Shown here one piece after another: positions 32,327 to 42,792 of a DNA stretch of 64,000 bases. The translations under genes were made by a program, and so were the position numbers. The notes under the pieces are model-generated. The model was given only the letters and a program-made list of their open reading frames with translations, searched no databases and had not been told where the DNA came from. Numbering within the stretch: the stretch's first letter is position 1; each line of letters starts with the position of its first letter. This DNA comes from an uncultured Alphaproteobacteria bacterium (lineage in GTDB: Bacteria > Pseudomonadota > Alphaproteobacteria > Methylaequorales > Methylaequoraceae), in assembly GCA_902536655.1 (NCBI GenBank), contig CACAYF010000002.1, positions 76,123 to 140,122 on the forward strand, read 5' to 3'.

Positions 32327-33440
32327 CACACAAACAATAGTAATACATCCTTATATTAAAAGATCACGAGTCTCAAAAGAAACTCTTCTAGAAGAAGCAA
32401 TAAAATTGGTTCAAGCAATAAATTTAAATTGTATTGATTCGTCGCTTGTTGGAATAGACAGTATAAATCCAAAAACTTATCTTCAATCCGGTTATGTTGT
32501 TTTTTTGAAACAAAAAGTAATTGATCTTAATGCTGAATTGATATTTTTAAATACAAATCTGTCTCCTATACAACAAAGAAACTTAGAAAAAGCAACAAAC
32601 TGTAAAATTATAGATAGAACTGGGTTAATTATAGAAATATTTGGTTCTCGAGCCAAATCAAATGAGGGGAAACTTAGCGTATTATTAGCTAGTTTAAAAT
32701 TCCAAAAGAGTAGACTTGTAAGATCCTGGACTCATCTAGAAAGACAAAGAGGTGGAGCTGGATTTATGGGAGGTCCAGGTGAAAAACAAATTGAATCAGA
32801 TAGACGTCAATTAACGGAGAGGATAAACAGACTAAAAATTAAAATCAATAAAATTGATAAAATTAGAAATATTCAAAGATATAGAAGAATAAAAAATAAA
32901 ATACCTATTATTTCATTGGTAGGTTATACAAACTCTGGGAAATCAACGTTATTTAATCTAATTACAAAATCTAAAGTATTATCAAAAAACATGCTATTTG
33001 CATCTTTGGATTCAACTATTAGAAATGGTTACATCAATGGTTTTAATTTAAATTTTATTGACACAGTAGGTTTTATTAGAGATTTGCCAACAACCTTAAT
33101 CGATTCGTTTAAATCAACACTTAATGAAATTATAAACTCTGATTTGATACTTCATGTCAGAGATATTTCTGATTCCGAGTATCTTGATCAAAAAAATGAG
33201 GTTTTAAGAATACTTGAAGAAATTGGGGTCGAAAAAGATGATGAAAGAATAATAGAAGTAATAAATAAAACTGATTTGGTGAAAGATAAAATAAATCACC
33301 ACAATTCGATGAGTGAGAAATCTGTAATGATTTCTGCAGTTAACGGAAGTGGTATTAGTGAATTAAAAAACGTTATTATTAAAAATTTAAGCAAGTACAA
33401 TTTAATGAAATTTTTACATCAACAGTCTTATCAAGTTTGA
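32319..33440 (+). CDS. hflX: GTPase HflX (short form)
   Basis: WTHLERQRGG..GGPGEKQIESDRR, GYTNSGKS, DTVGF, NKTD. Confidence 0.95.
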   Translation: MNNTQTIVIHPYIKRSRVSKETLLEEAIKLVQAINLNCIDSSLVGIDSINPKTYLQSGYVVFLKQKVIDLNAELIFLNTNLSPIQQRNLEKATNCKIIDRTGLIIEIFGSRAKSNEGKLSVLLASLKFQKSRLVRSWTHLERQRGGAGFMGGPGEKQIESDRRQLTERINRLKIKINKIDKIRNIQRYRRIKNKIPIISLVGYTNSGKSTLFNLITKSKVLSKNMLFASLDSTIRNGYINGFNLNFIDTVGFIRDLPTTLIDSFKSTLNEIINSDLILHVRDISDSEYLDQKNEVLRILEEIGVEKDDERIIEVINKTDLVKDKINHHNSMSEKSVMISAVNGSGISELKNVIIKNLSKYNLMKFLHQQSYQV

Positions 33441-34292
33441 AGTATCTTCTTTTTCAAAACCAAGTTTAATAAGTTTTTGATAATTGTTTTTAATTATCTT
33501 TGTTACTGGAAGTCTAATATCAGATTGATTTATTTCCTTGATAATGATGTCGAGGTCTTTCAGCATCAATTTATTCATAAATCCAAAGTCGAACTCCGAT
33601 TTCCACATTGTTTTTGCCCTGTTCTCTAATTGCCATGATTGACCTGCTCCATTTTTTAACACTTTAATAAGGCTATCAATGTTTAGTTTTTTTTTTTTAG
33701 CAAAATTTAAACCCTCAGCTAACCCTTGAATAATAGTTGCAACACATATTTGGTTAACCATTTTAGTAAGTTGTCCGGAACCAGATAAACCCATATAAAT
33801 TAATGACTTAGAGTACAAATCTAAAATTTCCTTTAAATCTTTGAATTTTGACTTTTTTCCTCCAACCATTATTGACAATGTTCCACTTATTGCACCAACT
33901 TCTCCACCACTAATTGGAGCATCAAAAAAATAGCATTTCTTACCTAAAATTTTCTCATACAATAACTTTGATATATCGTATGACGCAGTGGTATGGTCAA
34001 CGATCAATGTTTTTGGACGTAAACCTTTCAATATTCCATTTTTTGATAGGTATACATCTTTCAAATCTAAATCTTTGCCAACACAGGATATTATAAAATC
34101 ACATTGATTTGATAAGTCGTCGTATTGATCATATGTAAAAAGTCGTCTTGAGTTTCTAAATTTTTTTATAAATTTATATGTATTTGCTGAACTTCTATTA
34201 ATTATATGAATGTTTCTCTTAGCATTAATTATATGAAGTGCAATATTGTACCCCATTACGCCAAGACCAATAAATCCAACGTTTTTAATCAT
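33414..34292 (-). CDS. NAD(P)-dependent beta-hydroxyacid dehydrogenase (3-hydroxyisobutyrate DH / tartronate semialdehyde reductase family)
   Basis: GFIGLGVMG, DAPISGG, GSGQLTKMVNQ, KDL. Confidence 0.88.
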   Translation of the reverse strand: MIKNVGFIGLGVMGYNIALHIINAKRNIHIINRSSANTYKFIKKFRNSRRLFTYDQYDDLSNQCDFIISCVGKDLDLKDVYLSKNGILKGLRPKTLIVDHTTASYDISKLLYEKILGKKCYFFDAPISGGEVGAISGTLSIMVGGKKSKFKDLKEILDLYSKSLIYMGLSGSGQLTKMVNQICVATIIQGLAEGLNFAKKKKLNIDSLIKVLKNGAGQSWQLENRAKTMWKSEFDFGFMNKLMLKDLDIIIKEINQSDIRLPVTKIIKNNYQKLIKLGFEKEDTSNLIRLLM

Positions 34293-36867
34293 AATCTATA
34301 ATTAATTCATTATTTTCATTTATAGTTACACTAACTTGTGAACCTTCCTTAATATTATTACTTAAAATGAGATGTGCCATTTTATCTATAATCTCTTTTT
34401 GTATAAGTCTTTTTAATGGTCTTGCTCCATATAAGTTAGAAAACCCTTCACTTACAATCCAATTCTTTGATTTTTCATCAAATTTTGCTGAAATTTTTTT
34501 AGGTTTCAAAATTTCTTTTAGAAAATCCAACTGAATATCAACGATTTTTTTTATTTCTTTTTTTGTAAGCCTATTAAATATTATAGATTCATCAATTCTA
34601 TTTAAAAATTCAGGTTTAAAATGCTTTCTAACTTTTTCCATTATTTTTTCTTTTGTAAAAATCTCCACCTGATTCTTTTGATCGTCAGAAAACTCTATTA
34701 ATTCAGCACCTAAATTTGAAGTCATAATAATAATTGTATTTTTAAAGTTTACAAATCTGCCTTTGGAGTCGGTTAACCTTCCATCATCAAAGACTTGTAA
34801 TAATAAATTATAAACATCTGGATGAGCCTTTTCAATCTCGTCAAGCAGAACTAGTTGATATGGTTTTCTTCTAATAGATTCTGTTAAAATGCCGCCTTCC
34901 TCGAACCCAATGTAACCTGGTGGCGAACCAATTAATTTTGAAACTGAATGTTTTTCCATAAATTCAGACATGTCCAATCTAAATAATGATTTTTTATCAT
35001 TAAAAAGAAATTCTGAAAGAATTTTTGTCAATTCCGTTTTTCCTACACCTGTAGGCCCTAGGAATAAAAAAATACCTATTGGTCTGTTAGGGTCTTGAAT
35101 TCCTGCTCTTGCTCTTAGTACGCATCTAGATATTTTTTGAATTGCTTCACTTTGTCCAATGACTTTTTTTTGAAGTTCATTCTCCATGTTGATTATTTTT
35201 TCTTTTTCTCCCTCTAGCATTCTCTCTACTGGGACCCCGGTTGATTTAGATATTACTTCTGCAATTTCATCTGGAGATACGAACTTTCTCAAAATTTTCT
35301 GTTCTTTCTTGGATTCTAGCATTTTAAGTTTATTTTCTAATTCGGGAATCTCACTGTAAGCCAATTCCCCTGCTTTTGACAATTCTCCCTCTCTTTGTAG
35401 TATGTTTAACTTATTTCTACTGAATTCAATTGTAGATTTGAGTTTTTGGATATCGTTAATTACATTCTTTTCTCTATTCCAATTATTATTAAAATCTTCA
35501 AATTCTTTCTCTAATTTTTTAATTTCTTCTTTAAGGTCATTTGTCCTGTCTACAGACTTTTTATCGTTTTCTTTTTTTAAGCTTTCATATTCAATTTTAT
35601 TTTGTAAAAGTTTTCTCTCAATTTTATCTAGCTTTTCCGGTTTTGAATCAATTTGTAATCTTATACGTGATGCTGCTTCATCCATAAGATCAATTGCTTT
35701 ATCGGGTAAAAATCTGTCATTAATATATCTTTGAGATAACTCAACTGCAGAGACTATTGCTGAATCTAAAATTTTTACTCCATGATGAACTTCATATTTT
35801 TCTTTTAATCCTCTTAAAATAGATATTGAGTCATCCAAGCTTGGTTCCTCGACCAATATTTGCTGAAATCTTCGAGCTAGAGCGGCGTCTTTTTCAATAT
35901 GTTCTCTATATTCATTTAGTGTAGTTGCTCCAATACAATGAAGTTCTCCCCTAGCTAAGGCTGGCTTTAATAAGTTTGATGCGTCCATTGCTCCATCAGT
36001 TTTACCAGCACCTACCAAAGTATGTATTTCATCTATAAATAAAATAGTTGAATGTTTATTATTTTCGATGTTCTTAAGAATTTTTTTTAATCTCTCTTCA
36101 AAATCTCCGCGAAATTTGGCTCCTGCAACTAATGAACCTAAATCTAGAGAAATAACTTTCTTTTTTTTTAATGAGTCTGGAATATCATTATTAATAATTC
36201 TTAATGCTAATCCTTCAACAATAGCCGTTTTACCTACACCAGGTTCCCCTATCAGTACTGGATTATTTTTTGTTCTTCTTGATAGAACCTGAATACTTCT
36301 TCTTATTTCCTCTTCTCTTCCAATTACTGGATCTAATTTTCCTAATTTTGCCAATTCTGTAAGATCTACAGAATACTTTGATAGTTCATCAGAACTAGAA
36401 TTTGAATTTTTTTCGTTAATAGTTTGGCCTTTCCGTAGTTTTAAAATGACTGATTTAAGTGTATTCTTATTTAATTTATTGGTATTCAGTAATTGTGTAA
36501 TCTTTAGATCTTCTAAACATAAAATAGTATACAATAAAATTTCAGGAGAAATAAACGAATCATTAAATTCATCTTTTGTTGTTTTTGATAATTCTAAAAC
36601 CTTAACTAGTTCATCTGAAAGAAAAACATTAATATTCCTTCCAAGAACTTTAGGTATATTAGCAATTTCTCTTTCAACTAAATTTGTAAGATTCGATTTT
36701 TCTAATTGGTAATTTTCAATTATGTCCTCGATAAACCTATCAGAATCATTAAAAATACTAAAAACTAAATGTTCAACTAAGATTTGTTGATTGTTTAGTG
36801 ATACCGCTTTATTTTGTGCTTGATTAATTAATAATTTACTTTTATCGTTGAATTGATCAAAATTCAT
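34285..36867 (-). CDS. clpB: Chaperone ClpB
   Basis: Two AAA+ domains (GEPGVGKT, GPTGVGKT), middle coiled coil, GARPLKR. Confidence 0.97.
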   Translation of the reverse strand: MNFDQFNDKSKLLINQAQNKAVSLNNQQILVEHLVFSIFNDSDRFIEDIIENYQLEKSNLTNLVEREIANIPKVLGRNINVFLSDELVKVLELSKTTKDEFNDSFISPEILLYTILCLEDLKITQLLNTNKLNKNTLKSVILKLRKGQTINEKNSNSSSDELSKYSVDLTELAKLGKLDPVIGREEEIRRSIQVLSRRTKNNPVLIGEPGVGKTAIVEGLALRIINNDIPDSLKKKKVISLDLGSLVAGAKFRGDFEERLKKILKNIENNKHSTILFIDEIHTLVGAGKTDGAMDASNLLKPALARGELHCIGATTLNEYREHIEKDAALARRFQQILVEEPSLDDSISILRGLKEKYEVHHGVKILDSAIVSAVELSQRYINDRFLPDKAIDLMDEAASRIRLQIDSKPEKLDKIERKLLQNKIEYESLKKENDKKSVDRTNDLKEEIKKLEKEFEDFNNNWNREKNVINDIQKLKSTIEFSRNKLNILQREGELSKAGELAYSEIPELENKLKMLESKKEQKILRKFVSPDEIAEVISKSTGVPVERMLEGEKEKIINMENELQKKVIGQSEAIQKISRCVLRARAGIQDPNRPIGIFLFLGPTGVGKTELTKILSEFLFNDKKSLFRLDMSEFMEKHSVSKLIGSPPGYIGFEEGGILTESIRRKPYQLVLLDEIEKAHPDVYNLLLQVFDDGRLTDSKGRFVNFKNTIIIMTSNLGAELIEFSDDQKNQVEIFTKEKIMEKVRKHFKPEFLNRIDESIIFNRLTKKEIKKIVDIQLDFLKEILKPKKISAKFDEKSKNWIVSEGFSNLYGARPLKRLIQKEIIDKMAHLILSNNIKEGSQVSVTINENNELIIDYD

Positions 36868-36909
36868 GATTTATTTTGATGATATTAAATCAAAATCTCA
36901 AGAACTTTA

Positions 36910-38061
36910 TTGGAAAAAAAAAAAAATAACTTACCCTTAGATGGAATATTAGTATTGGACTTAACAAATGTTTTATCAGGTCCGTTTGCTACCTTAATAT
37001 TGTCTGATTTGGGAGCTAAGGTAATCAAAATAGAAAAACCTGGTGGGGACGATTCAAGAGGTTATGGCCCTTTTGCAAATGGAAAATCTGGATACTTTAT
37101 TTCGTTAAACAGAGGGAAAAAAAGTATTTGTTTAGATTTAAAAAAAAAAAAGGAAAAACAAATTTTTGAGAAAATTCTATCTAAATCAGATGTTCTCATA
37201 GATAACTTTAAGCCTGAAACTCTTAAAAAACTTGGTTTTTCTTGGAAATATTTGTCCAAGAAATATCCAAGATTAATTTACAGTAAAATTTCTGGATTTG
37301 GAGAAACGGGCCCACTTAAAGACCTTCCAGCTTATGATATAATTGTTCAAGCCATGGGAGGGTTAATGAGTATTACTGGCAAGGATGAAGAAAATTTAGT
37401 AAGAGTTGGGACTTCTATCGGTGATATTACTGCTAGTTTATTTGCAGTTATTGGAATATTAAGTCAATTAATTAGACGAAATAAAACAAATTCTGGCTCT
37501 AAATTAGATTTAAGTATGTTAGATTGTCAGGTTTCAATTTTAGAAAATGCAGTTGCAAGATATTCAATCGAAGGTAGAAATCCTAAACCATTAGGAACTG
37601 ATCACCCATCAATTTCACCATTTGGTGCTTTTAAAACAAAAGATGGACTATTAGTTCTAGCAATTGGAAATGATAGATTATTTGAAAAATTTTGTAATGT
37701 TTTAAAAAATAAAAAATTGGCTGAGAAATATTCTACTAATAAAAAAAGAAATGATAATCTTAATAATTTTAAAAAGGAATTAGAGTTAATTTTTAAGAAA
37801 AATAAAACGTCATTTTGGATCAAGAAATTAACAATCAATAAAATACCATGTGCAAAAATTAATTCAGTCAGCGAGATAACGCGTAATAAACAAATACTTC
37901 ATAGAAAAATGATTTCTGACTACCCCGAGAAACTCGGGAAATTAAAGGTTACTCGCACTCCATTCAATTTTGATTTTGTTAAAAATAAGCCACAAATAAA
38001 GTTAGCACCAAATTTAGATGAGCATAGAAACGAAATTTTAAAATTCTTTGGAATAAATTAA
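36910..38061 (+). CDS. CaiB/BaiF family (class III) CoA-transferase
   Basis: VLDLT..LSGP, DLGA.VIKIE.P.GD..R, NRGKKS, PAYD, AP.LDEH; TTG start uncertain. Confidence 0.92.
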   Translation: MEKKKNNLPLDGILVLDLTNVLSGPFATLILSDLGAKVIKIEKPGGDDSRGYGPFANGKSGYFISLNRGKKSICLDLKKKKEKQIFEKILSKSDVLIDNFKPETLKKLGFSWKYLSKKYPRLIYSKISGFGETGPLKDLPAYDIIVQAMGGLMSITGKDEENLVRVGTSIGDITASLFAVIGILSQLIRRNKTNSGSKLDLSMLDCQVSILENAVARYSIEGRNPKPLGTDHPSISPFGAFKTKDGLLVLAIGNDRLFEKFCNVLKNKKLAEKYSTNKKRNDNLNNFKKELELIFKKNKTSFWIKKLTINKIPCAKINSVSEITRNKQILHRKMISDYPEKLGKLKVTRTPFNFDFVKNKPQIKLAPNLDEHRNEILKFFGIN

Positions 38062-38753
38062 TCCCAAGGTCCTCTTTTTAAAAAAACTGATTTTCCTTTT
38101 TTAGTGATAGTTTTTTTAATTTTATTATTGAAAATATATGAATAAAGCAATCCAAATACAAAACCACCAATATGAGCAACCCATGCAACATTGGATTCTT
38201 GATTACCAAGATTAAGAAATTGAAATAAAAACCAAAAAATCAAAAGTATAAAAGCTGGGACTCTAATCGTAAAAAAAATAAAAAAAGGGATTAAAACAAG
38301 AACCTTTGCTTTTGGAAATAAATGAAGATAAGCACCGAGAACTCCAGCGATTGCTCCGGAAGCTCCTATTAATGGAATATTCGAGGTTATGTCCAATAAT
38401 CCATGACTTATAGAAGCAACAACACCGGACAAGATATAAAACAATATAAATTTTTTGGAACCCATTTTATCTTCAACATTATCTGCAAAAATCCAAAGAT
38501 AGAGCATATTACCTAAAAAATGCATCCAACTACCATGCATAAAAATAGAGGTAATTAGGGTAAATGTAGGTAAAAGAAAAGGTAAATCTGAACCTAAAAA
38601 GAAAGATTTTGGCTTAAAACCAAAATAATAGGTAAAATAATTTGAATTCTCTAAAGACAATTGAATAAAAAATACAATTGAACATAAAATTAATATTAGA
38701 GACCTTATGTGTGTTTTATTTTTTGTTGGATTGTCGTCTTTTAAAGGTATCAC
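38058..38753 (-). CDS. Rhomboid family intramembrane serine protease
   Basis: MIPLKD.NP, HFLGNM, GASGA, AHIGG. Confidence 0.93.
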   Translation of the reverse strand: MIPLKDDNPTKNKTHIRSLILILCSIVFFIQLSLENSNYFTYYFGFKPKSFFLGSDLPFLLPTFTLITSIFMHGSWMHFLGNMLYLWIFADNVEDKMGSKKFILFYILSGVVASISHGLLDITSNIPLIGASGAIAGVLGAYLHLFPKAKVLVLIPFFIFFTIRVPAFILLIFWFLFQFLNLGNQESNVAWVAHIGGFVFGLLYSYIFNNKIKKTITKKGKSVFLKRGPWD

Positions 38754-39433
38754 TATATAACTTTCTGTTGTGCTATTTTGGTTTTACCGAGTATTATTAA
38801 AAAGGTATTTTTATCGATAATATCAGAAAAAACTTTCGATTTAACATCTATTCCTCCAGTGAAATGACCGAAAGAGGGTAGAATACAAAAATCTCTTGAA
38901 ACTACAAAACACTTGTATGAATATGAAGAGTTGTTAATTTTTATAATTGTTTTGGGATGAAAATGTCCAGAAAATTCAAAAAAATCCTTTGAATTATTTT
39001 TGCTTTTAATGTGCTTAAAACTTAAATCATTGTCCTGAAAACTATTAAAAAATTTACCTCCAATCTTGTCTTTATTAAAAAGTTTTTTATCGTGATTTCC
39101 TGTAACCCATTTAAAATCAACTGTTTCAGTAATTTTGTTTAACTCTATTATTTCTTGGTTATTCATATTTAAAATTGAAAATTTATCATGAAAATTATCG
39201 CCCAAAGTTATAATTCTGCTTGGTTTATAAATTTCAATAACTTTCTTTAATTTATACAAAGTCTCTTTAATATCATATGGTGGAATTTGGAACCCGCTTA
39301 TATTAAAAGATTTAGCTTTACCAAAATGAAGATCAGCTAAAACTATCGTTTTAGTTTGCTCGATAAATAGAACACCTGTTTTGTCAAAATAAATATCATA
39401 ATTTAAAATTTTTTTTTTTAAATTATTTTGCAT
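38753..39433 (-). CDS. pdeM: Ligase-associated DNA damage response metallophosphoesterase/endonuclease (PdeM/MPE)
   Basis: ADLHFGK, LGDNFH, GNHD, GHFHP, PSFG; adjacent to the Lhr-core helicase. Confidence 0.88.
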   Translation of the reverse strand: MQNNLKKKILNYDIYFDKTGVLFIEQTKTIVLADLHFGKAKSFNISGFQIPPYDIKETLYKLKKVIEIYKPSRIITLGDNFHDKFSILNMNNQEIIELNKITETVDFKWVTGNHDKKLFNKDKIGGKFFNSFQDNDLSFKHIKSKNNSKDFFEFSGHFHPKTIIKINNSSYSYKCFVVSRDFCILPSFGHFTGGIDVKSKVFSDIIDKNTFLIILGKTKIAQQKVI

Positions 39434-41754
39434 TATAAAATTTCATTCGCTTTGGTTTTTTCTTTTTCCATTATTAATGATTTTGAAAATTCAGACACTT
39501 CAGAGAGATTTTTAAAAAAGAATTTTAAATTTTTAATCTTATAAATCTGACTTGATTGTATAAAATAATTATTAATTTCCTCAGCTGTTATTTTTAGAAT
39601 TATGTGATTTGGTTCATATTTCATCAAAGTATCAAATATCAAATCACAATTGATGAAGTTTTTTCTTGTTTTGGTATAAATATTATTTTTCAGCACTAAA
39701 CCGCTAATCAAAGCAATTTCTTTAAAAATTCTTTTAGCTAATGCAGTGTTTAAAAAATTAACATTATTAAATTCTTTTTTAAAAAAAAAAATTAAATCTT
39801 CTTTTTGAATATTTATTTTTTCTTTAAAAAACAAACCAAAGGAATAATCATTTAATATATAATTAATTGTAAAAATTTTTTTTTCATTCAAGTAATCTAT
39901 TAAAAAGTTTGTTAAAGTTTGGTTTGTTTCTCTCCCTAAAAATGTATGGAAGAAAATATATTCTCCAGATTGATAAGGAAATTTTTCAATCAAAATTTTA
40001 TTTTTTGTTGGAATTTCAGACATTTTTTTTTGTTTTAGTAAAAACTTTCTGATTTCATGGGGAAATTTAGAGAATTGTTTATCTTGAAGAATTCTTAAAA
40101 TTTCTTCAGACAAATTTGATTTTAATGGCATGCTTCCCCCCCAGTAAACAGGGACTTTTTTCGATTTTTTTGTTTTTGAAATAACTATTATCTCATCATT
40201 TTTAATTTTTAAACACACCAAAGTTAAACCTGCAAAAATAAAAGTATCCTTTTCTTTAATCGAATTTAAAAATGATTCCTCGACTGTCCCAAGGACTTTG
40301 CCTTTTAATGTTTTTATTTTTATGTTGCTGGAATCAATAATTGTTCCTGCATTCATAAGAATATTTCTCTTACTATGCTCGTCCTTAATTACAAATTTAC
40401 CATTATTTAGTTTCTTTAGTTTTTTAATATCTTTGCAATTTTGAAGAGCGTAGCCACCATGATGAACAAATGACAAAATTTCATTAAAATTCTTTTTAGA
40501 TAAATTTTTATAAGGAAATGTGCTCTTAACTATTTCAAAAATTTTATCCTCTGAAAAACTTGAATGACAAGATATTAGGAGTAGGTGTTGACATAGAACA
40601 TCCTTTGCTCCGTTTTTCTCTAAGATACGGTCATATTTCTTGGAAAAAATTAATTGTTTTAGTGCCACACACTCTAAATATTCAAATTTGTTAGTTGGAA
40701 TTAATAATGACTCAGAAATTGAGTTATATTGGTGATTTGATCTCCCTGTTCTTTGTATTATTTTATTAACGCTTTTTGGTGCACCGATATTTATTATTTT
40801 ATCTATATTTTTCCAATCTATGCCCATTTCTAATGATGAAGTACTAACAACACAGTTAATATCACTAACTTTAAATTTCTTTTCGGTTTCCATTCTTATA
40901 TTTTTAGAAAGTGAACCATGATAAATTCCTATTTTTAAATCTGGATAAGCTAAGAAAAGATTTTTATAAAGTATTTCGCATTGAGCTCTTGTATTTACGA
41001 AAATTATTGTTTTTTTATTTTTTATAATATCGTAAATTTCACCTAAGGCATGATCCACAGAATGTCCATAGTCTGGCATATTCTTTAAAACAAGAATATC
41101 TACTTTTATTTTCTTTAAGAATTTATTGGTAATAATCTTTGTTTTTTTTTTAAATGAAACCCAATTCGATAGGTATTTAAAATTTTGAATATTTGTTGAG
41201 GACGCAAAAATTCTTATTTTTTTATTGACATTGATTATTTGAGAAATAGCTAAAGCAAGTTGATCTCCACGCTTAGTATTTATTATTTCGTTTAATTCGT
41301 CTATTGCAAGGTATGTCGTGTTTTGAAAAATTTGATCAACCTCTTTTCTTGTAAGCATTAATGCAAGTGATTCAGGTGTTGTAAGAAGAATTTCCTCAGG
41401 TTTTTCAATTTGTTTTTTTTTGTAAATATAAGAATCATCCCCAGTTCGTTTACCAACTCTTATTTCAATGTTCAGATCTGAGACAATTTTGTTTAAATTT
41501 TCAAACAAATCTGAAATTATTGACTTAAGTGGAGAAATATAAATTATTCTGGATTTTTTTTTTTTGAGTTGATCAATTAGTAAAGGAAGAAATAATGTAA
41601 TTGTTTTTCCGGTCCCTGTATCAGAAGATATAAGATATCTTTTAAAAACATTATTTTGAACTTCTTCTATAAAATCTTTTTGATAATTAAATAAAGTCCA
41701 ACCTCTTTTTTTTAAAAAGAAATTAAACTTATCTGGTAAATTAATTTTATTCAT
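39433..41754 (-). CDS. Ligase-associated Lhr-core SF2 helicase
   Basis: TGTGKT, YISPLKS, RTGD, TTPESL, FVNTR, YHGSL, SSLEMGID, QRTGRSNH, G.VEE.F. Confidence 0.9.
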   Translation of the reverse strand: MNKINLPDKFNFFLKKRGWTLFNYQKDFIEEVQNNVFKRYLISSDTGTGKTITLFLPLLIDQLKKKKSRIIYISPLKSIISDLFENLNKIVSDLNIEIRVGKRTGDDSYIYKKKQIEKPEEILLTTPESLALMLTRKEVDQIFQNTTYLAIDELNEIINTKRGDQLALAISQIINVNKKIRIFASSTNIQNFKYLSNWVSFKKKTKIITNKFLKKIKVDILVLKNMPDYGHSVDHALGEIYDIIKNKKTIIFVNTRAQCEILYKNLFLAYPDLKIGIYHGSLSKNIRMETEKKFKVSDINCVVSTSSLEMGIDWKNIDKIINIGAPKSVNKIIQRTGRSNHQYNSISESLLIPTNKFEYLECVALKQLIFSKKYDRILEKNGAKDVLCQHLLLISCHSSFSEDKIFEIVKSTFPYKNLSKKNFNEILSFVHHGGYALQNCKDIKKLKKLNNGKFVIKDEHSKRNILMNAGTIIDSSNIKIKTLKGKVLGTVEESFLNSIKEKDTFIFAGLTLVCLKIKNDEIIVISKTKKSKKVPVYWGGSMPLKSNLSEEILRILQDKQFSKFPHEIRKFLLKQKKMSEIPTKNKILIEKFPYQSGEYIFFHTFLGRETNQTLTNFLIDYLNEKKIFTINYILNDYSFGLFFKEKINIQKEDLIFFFKKEFNNVNFLNTALAKRIFKEIALISGLVLKNNIYTKTRKNFINCDLIFDTLMKYEPNHIILKITAEEINNYFIQSSQIYKIKNLKFFFKNLSEVSEFSKSLIMEKEKTKANEIL

Positions 41755-41781
41755 TTAATAAAGTAATAACTATAATATGGT

Positions 41782-42792
41782 ATGAGAAAAACAAATATTA
41801 ATTGGTTAAAAAAAAAAAGAGAAGGCCTTTATTGTGTTCCGGGAAACTTTTTCATTGATCCTGTTTTTCCTGTTGAGAAAGCATTAATTACTCATGCTCA
41901 TACAGACCACGCAAGACCAAATAATAAATCCATTTTTTCCTCTAAGGAAACTATAGAATTAATGCATTTAAGGTATGGAGAAAGTTATTGTTCAGACTTT
42001 CAAATTGCAAGTTTTGATGAGAAAATTAAAATTAACGATGTAACTGTTCAAATTCTTCCAGCTGGTCATATTCTTGGTAGTATTCAGTTTTTAATAAATT
42101 ATAAAGGTTATAGACTTTTGATTAGCGGAGATTATAAAAGGACAAAAGATAAAACTTGTTTAAGCTATGAACCTGTAGAATGTGATACATTTATTACCGA
42201 AGCGACTTTTGGACTTCCAATTTTTAATCATCCAAATGATGAAAGTGAAGTTAAAAAATTAATTAAATCAATTAAAGCTAACGTAAATAAAACTCATCTA
42301 ATTGGAGTATATGCTCTAGGTAAATGCCAAAGACTAATAACTTTATTGAGGAATCTTGGTTACGATGAGACAATTTATTTACATGGTGCTTTAACTAAAA
42401 TATCAGACTTTTATTCAAAGAATAATATTAAATTAGGGAAAATTTCTAATATCTCTGATTGTTCAAGATCTGAATACGCCAATAAGTTAGTTCTTTGTCC
42501 TCCTTCTTCATTAAACGATAAATGGTCGCAAAAATTTAAAAATGTTGTAAAAGGTTATGCTTCTGGATGGATGAGAATACGACAAAGAGTTAAGCAAAAA
42601 AATATAGAACTTCCATTAATATTATCTGATCATGCTGATTGGGGTGAAATCTTAAAAACAGTAAATGACGTTAATCCCAATGAAGTATTAGTGACTCATG
42701 GAAGAGAAGAAGCTTTAGTTCATTATTTAACAAAAAAAAATTTTAAAAGTAGTGCTTTAAATTTAATTGGATTCGAAGACGAGAATGAATGA
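41782..42792 (+). CDS. Ligase-associated DNA damage response exonuclease (MBL/beta-CASP fold)
   Basis: THAHTDHA, PAGHILGS, SGDYKR, TEATFGLP, YALGKCQR, SDHADW, VTHG. Confidence 0.92.
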   Translation: MRKTNINWLKKKREGLYCVPGNFFIDPVFPVEKALITHAHTDHARPNNKSIFSSKETIELMHLRYGESYCSDFQIASFDEKIKINDVTVQILPAGHILGSIQFLINYKGYRLLISGDYKRTKDKTCLSYEPVECDTFITEATFGLPIFNHPNDESEVKKLIKSIKANVNKTHLIGVYALGKCQRLITLLRNLGYDETIYLHGALTKISDFYSKNNIKLGKISNISDCSRSEYANKLVLCPPSSLNDKWSQKFKNVVKGYASGWMRIRQRVKQKNIELPLILSDHADWGEILKTVNDVNPNEVLVTHGREEALVHYLTKKNFKSSALNLIGFEDENE

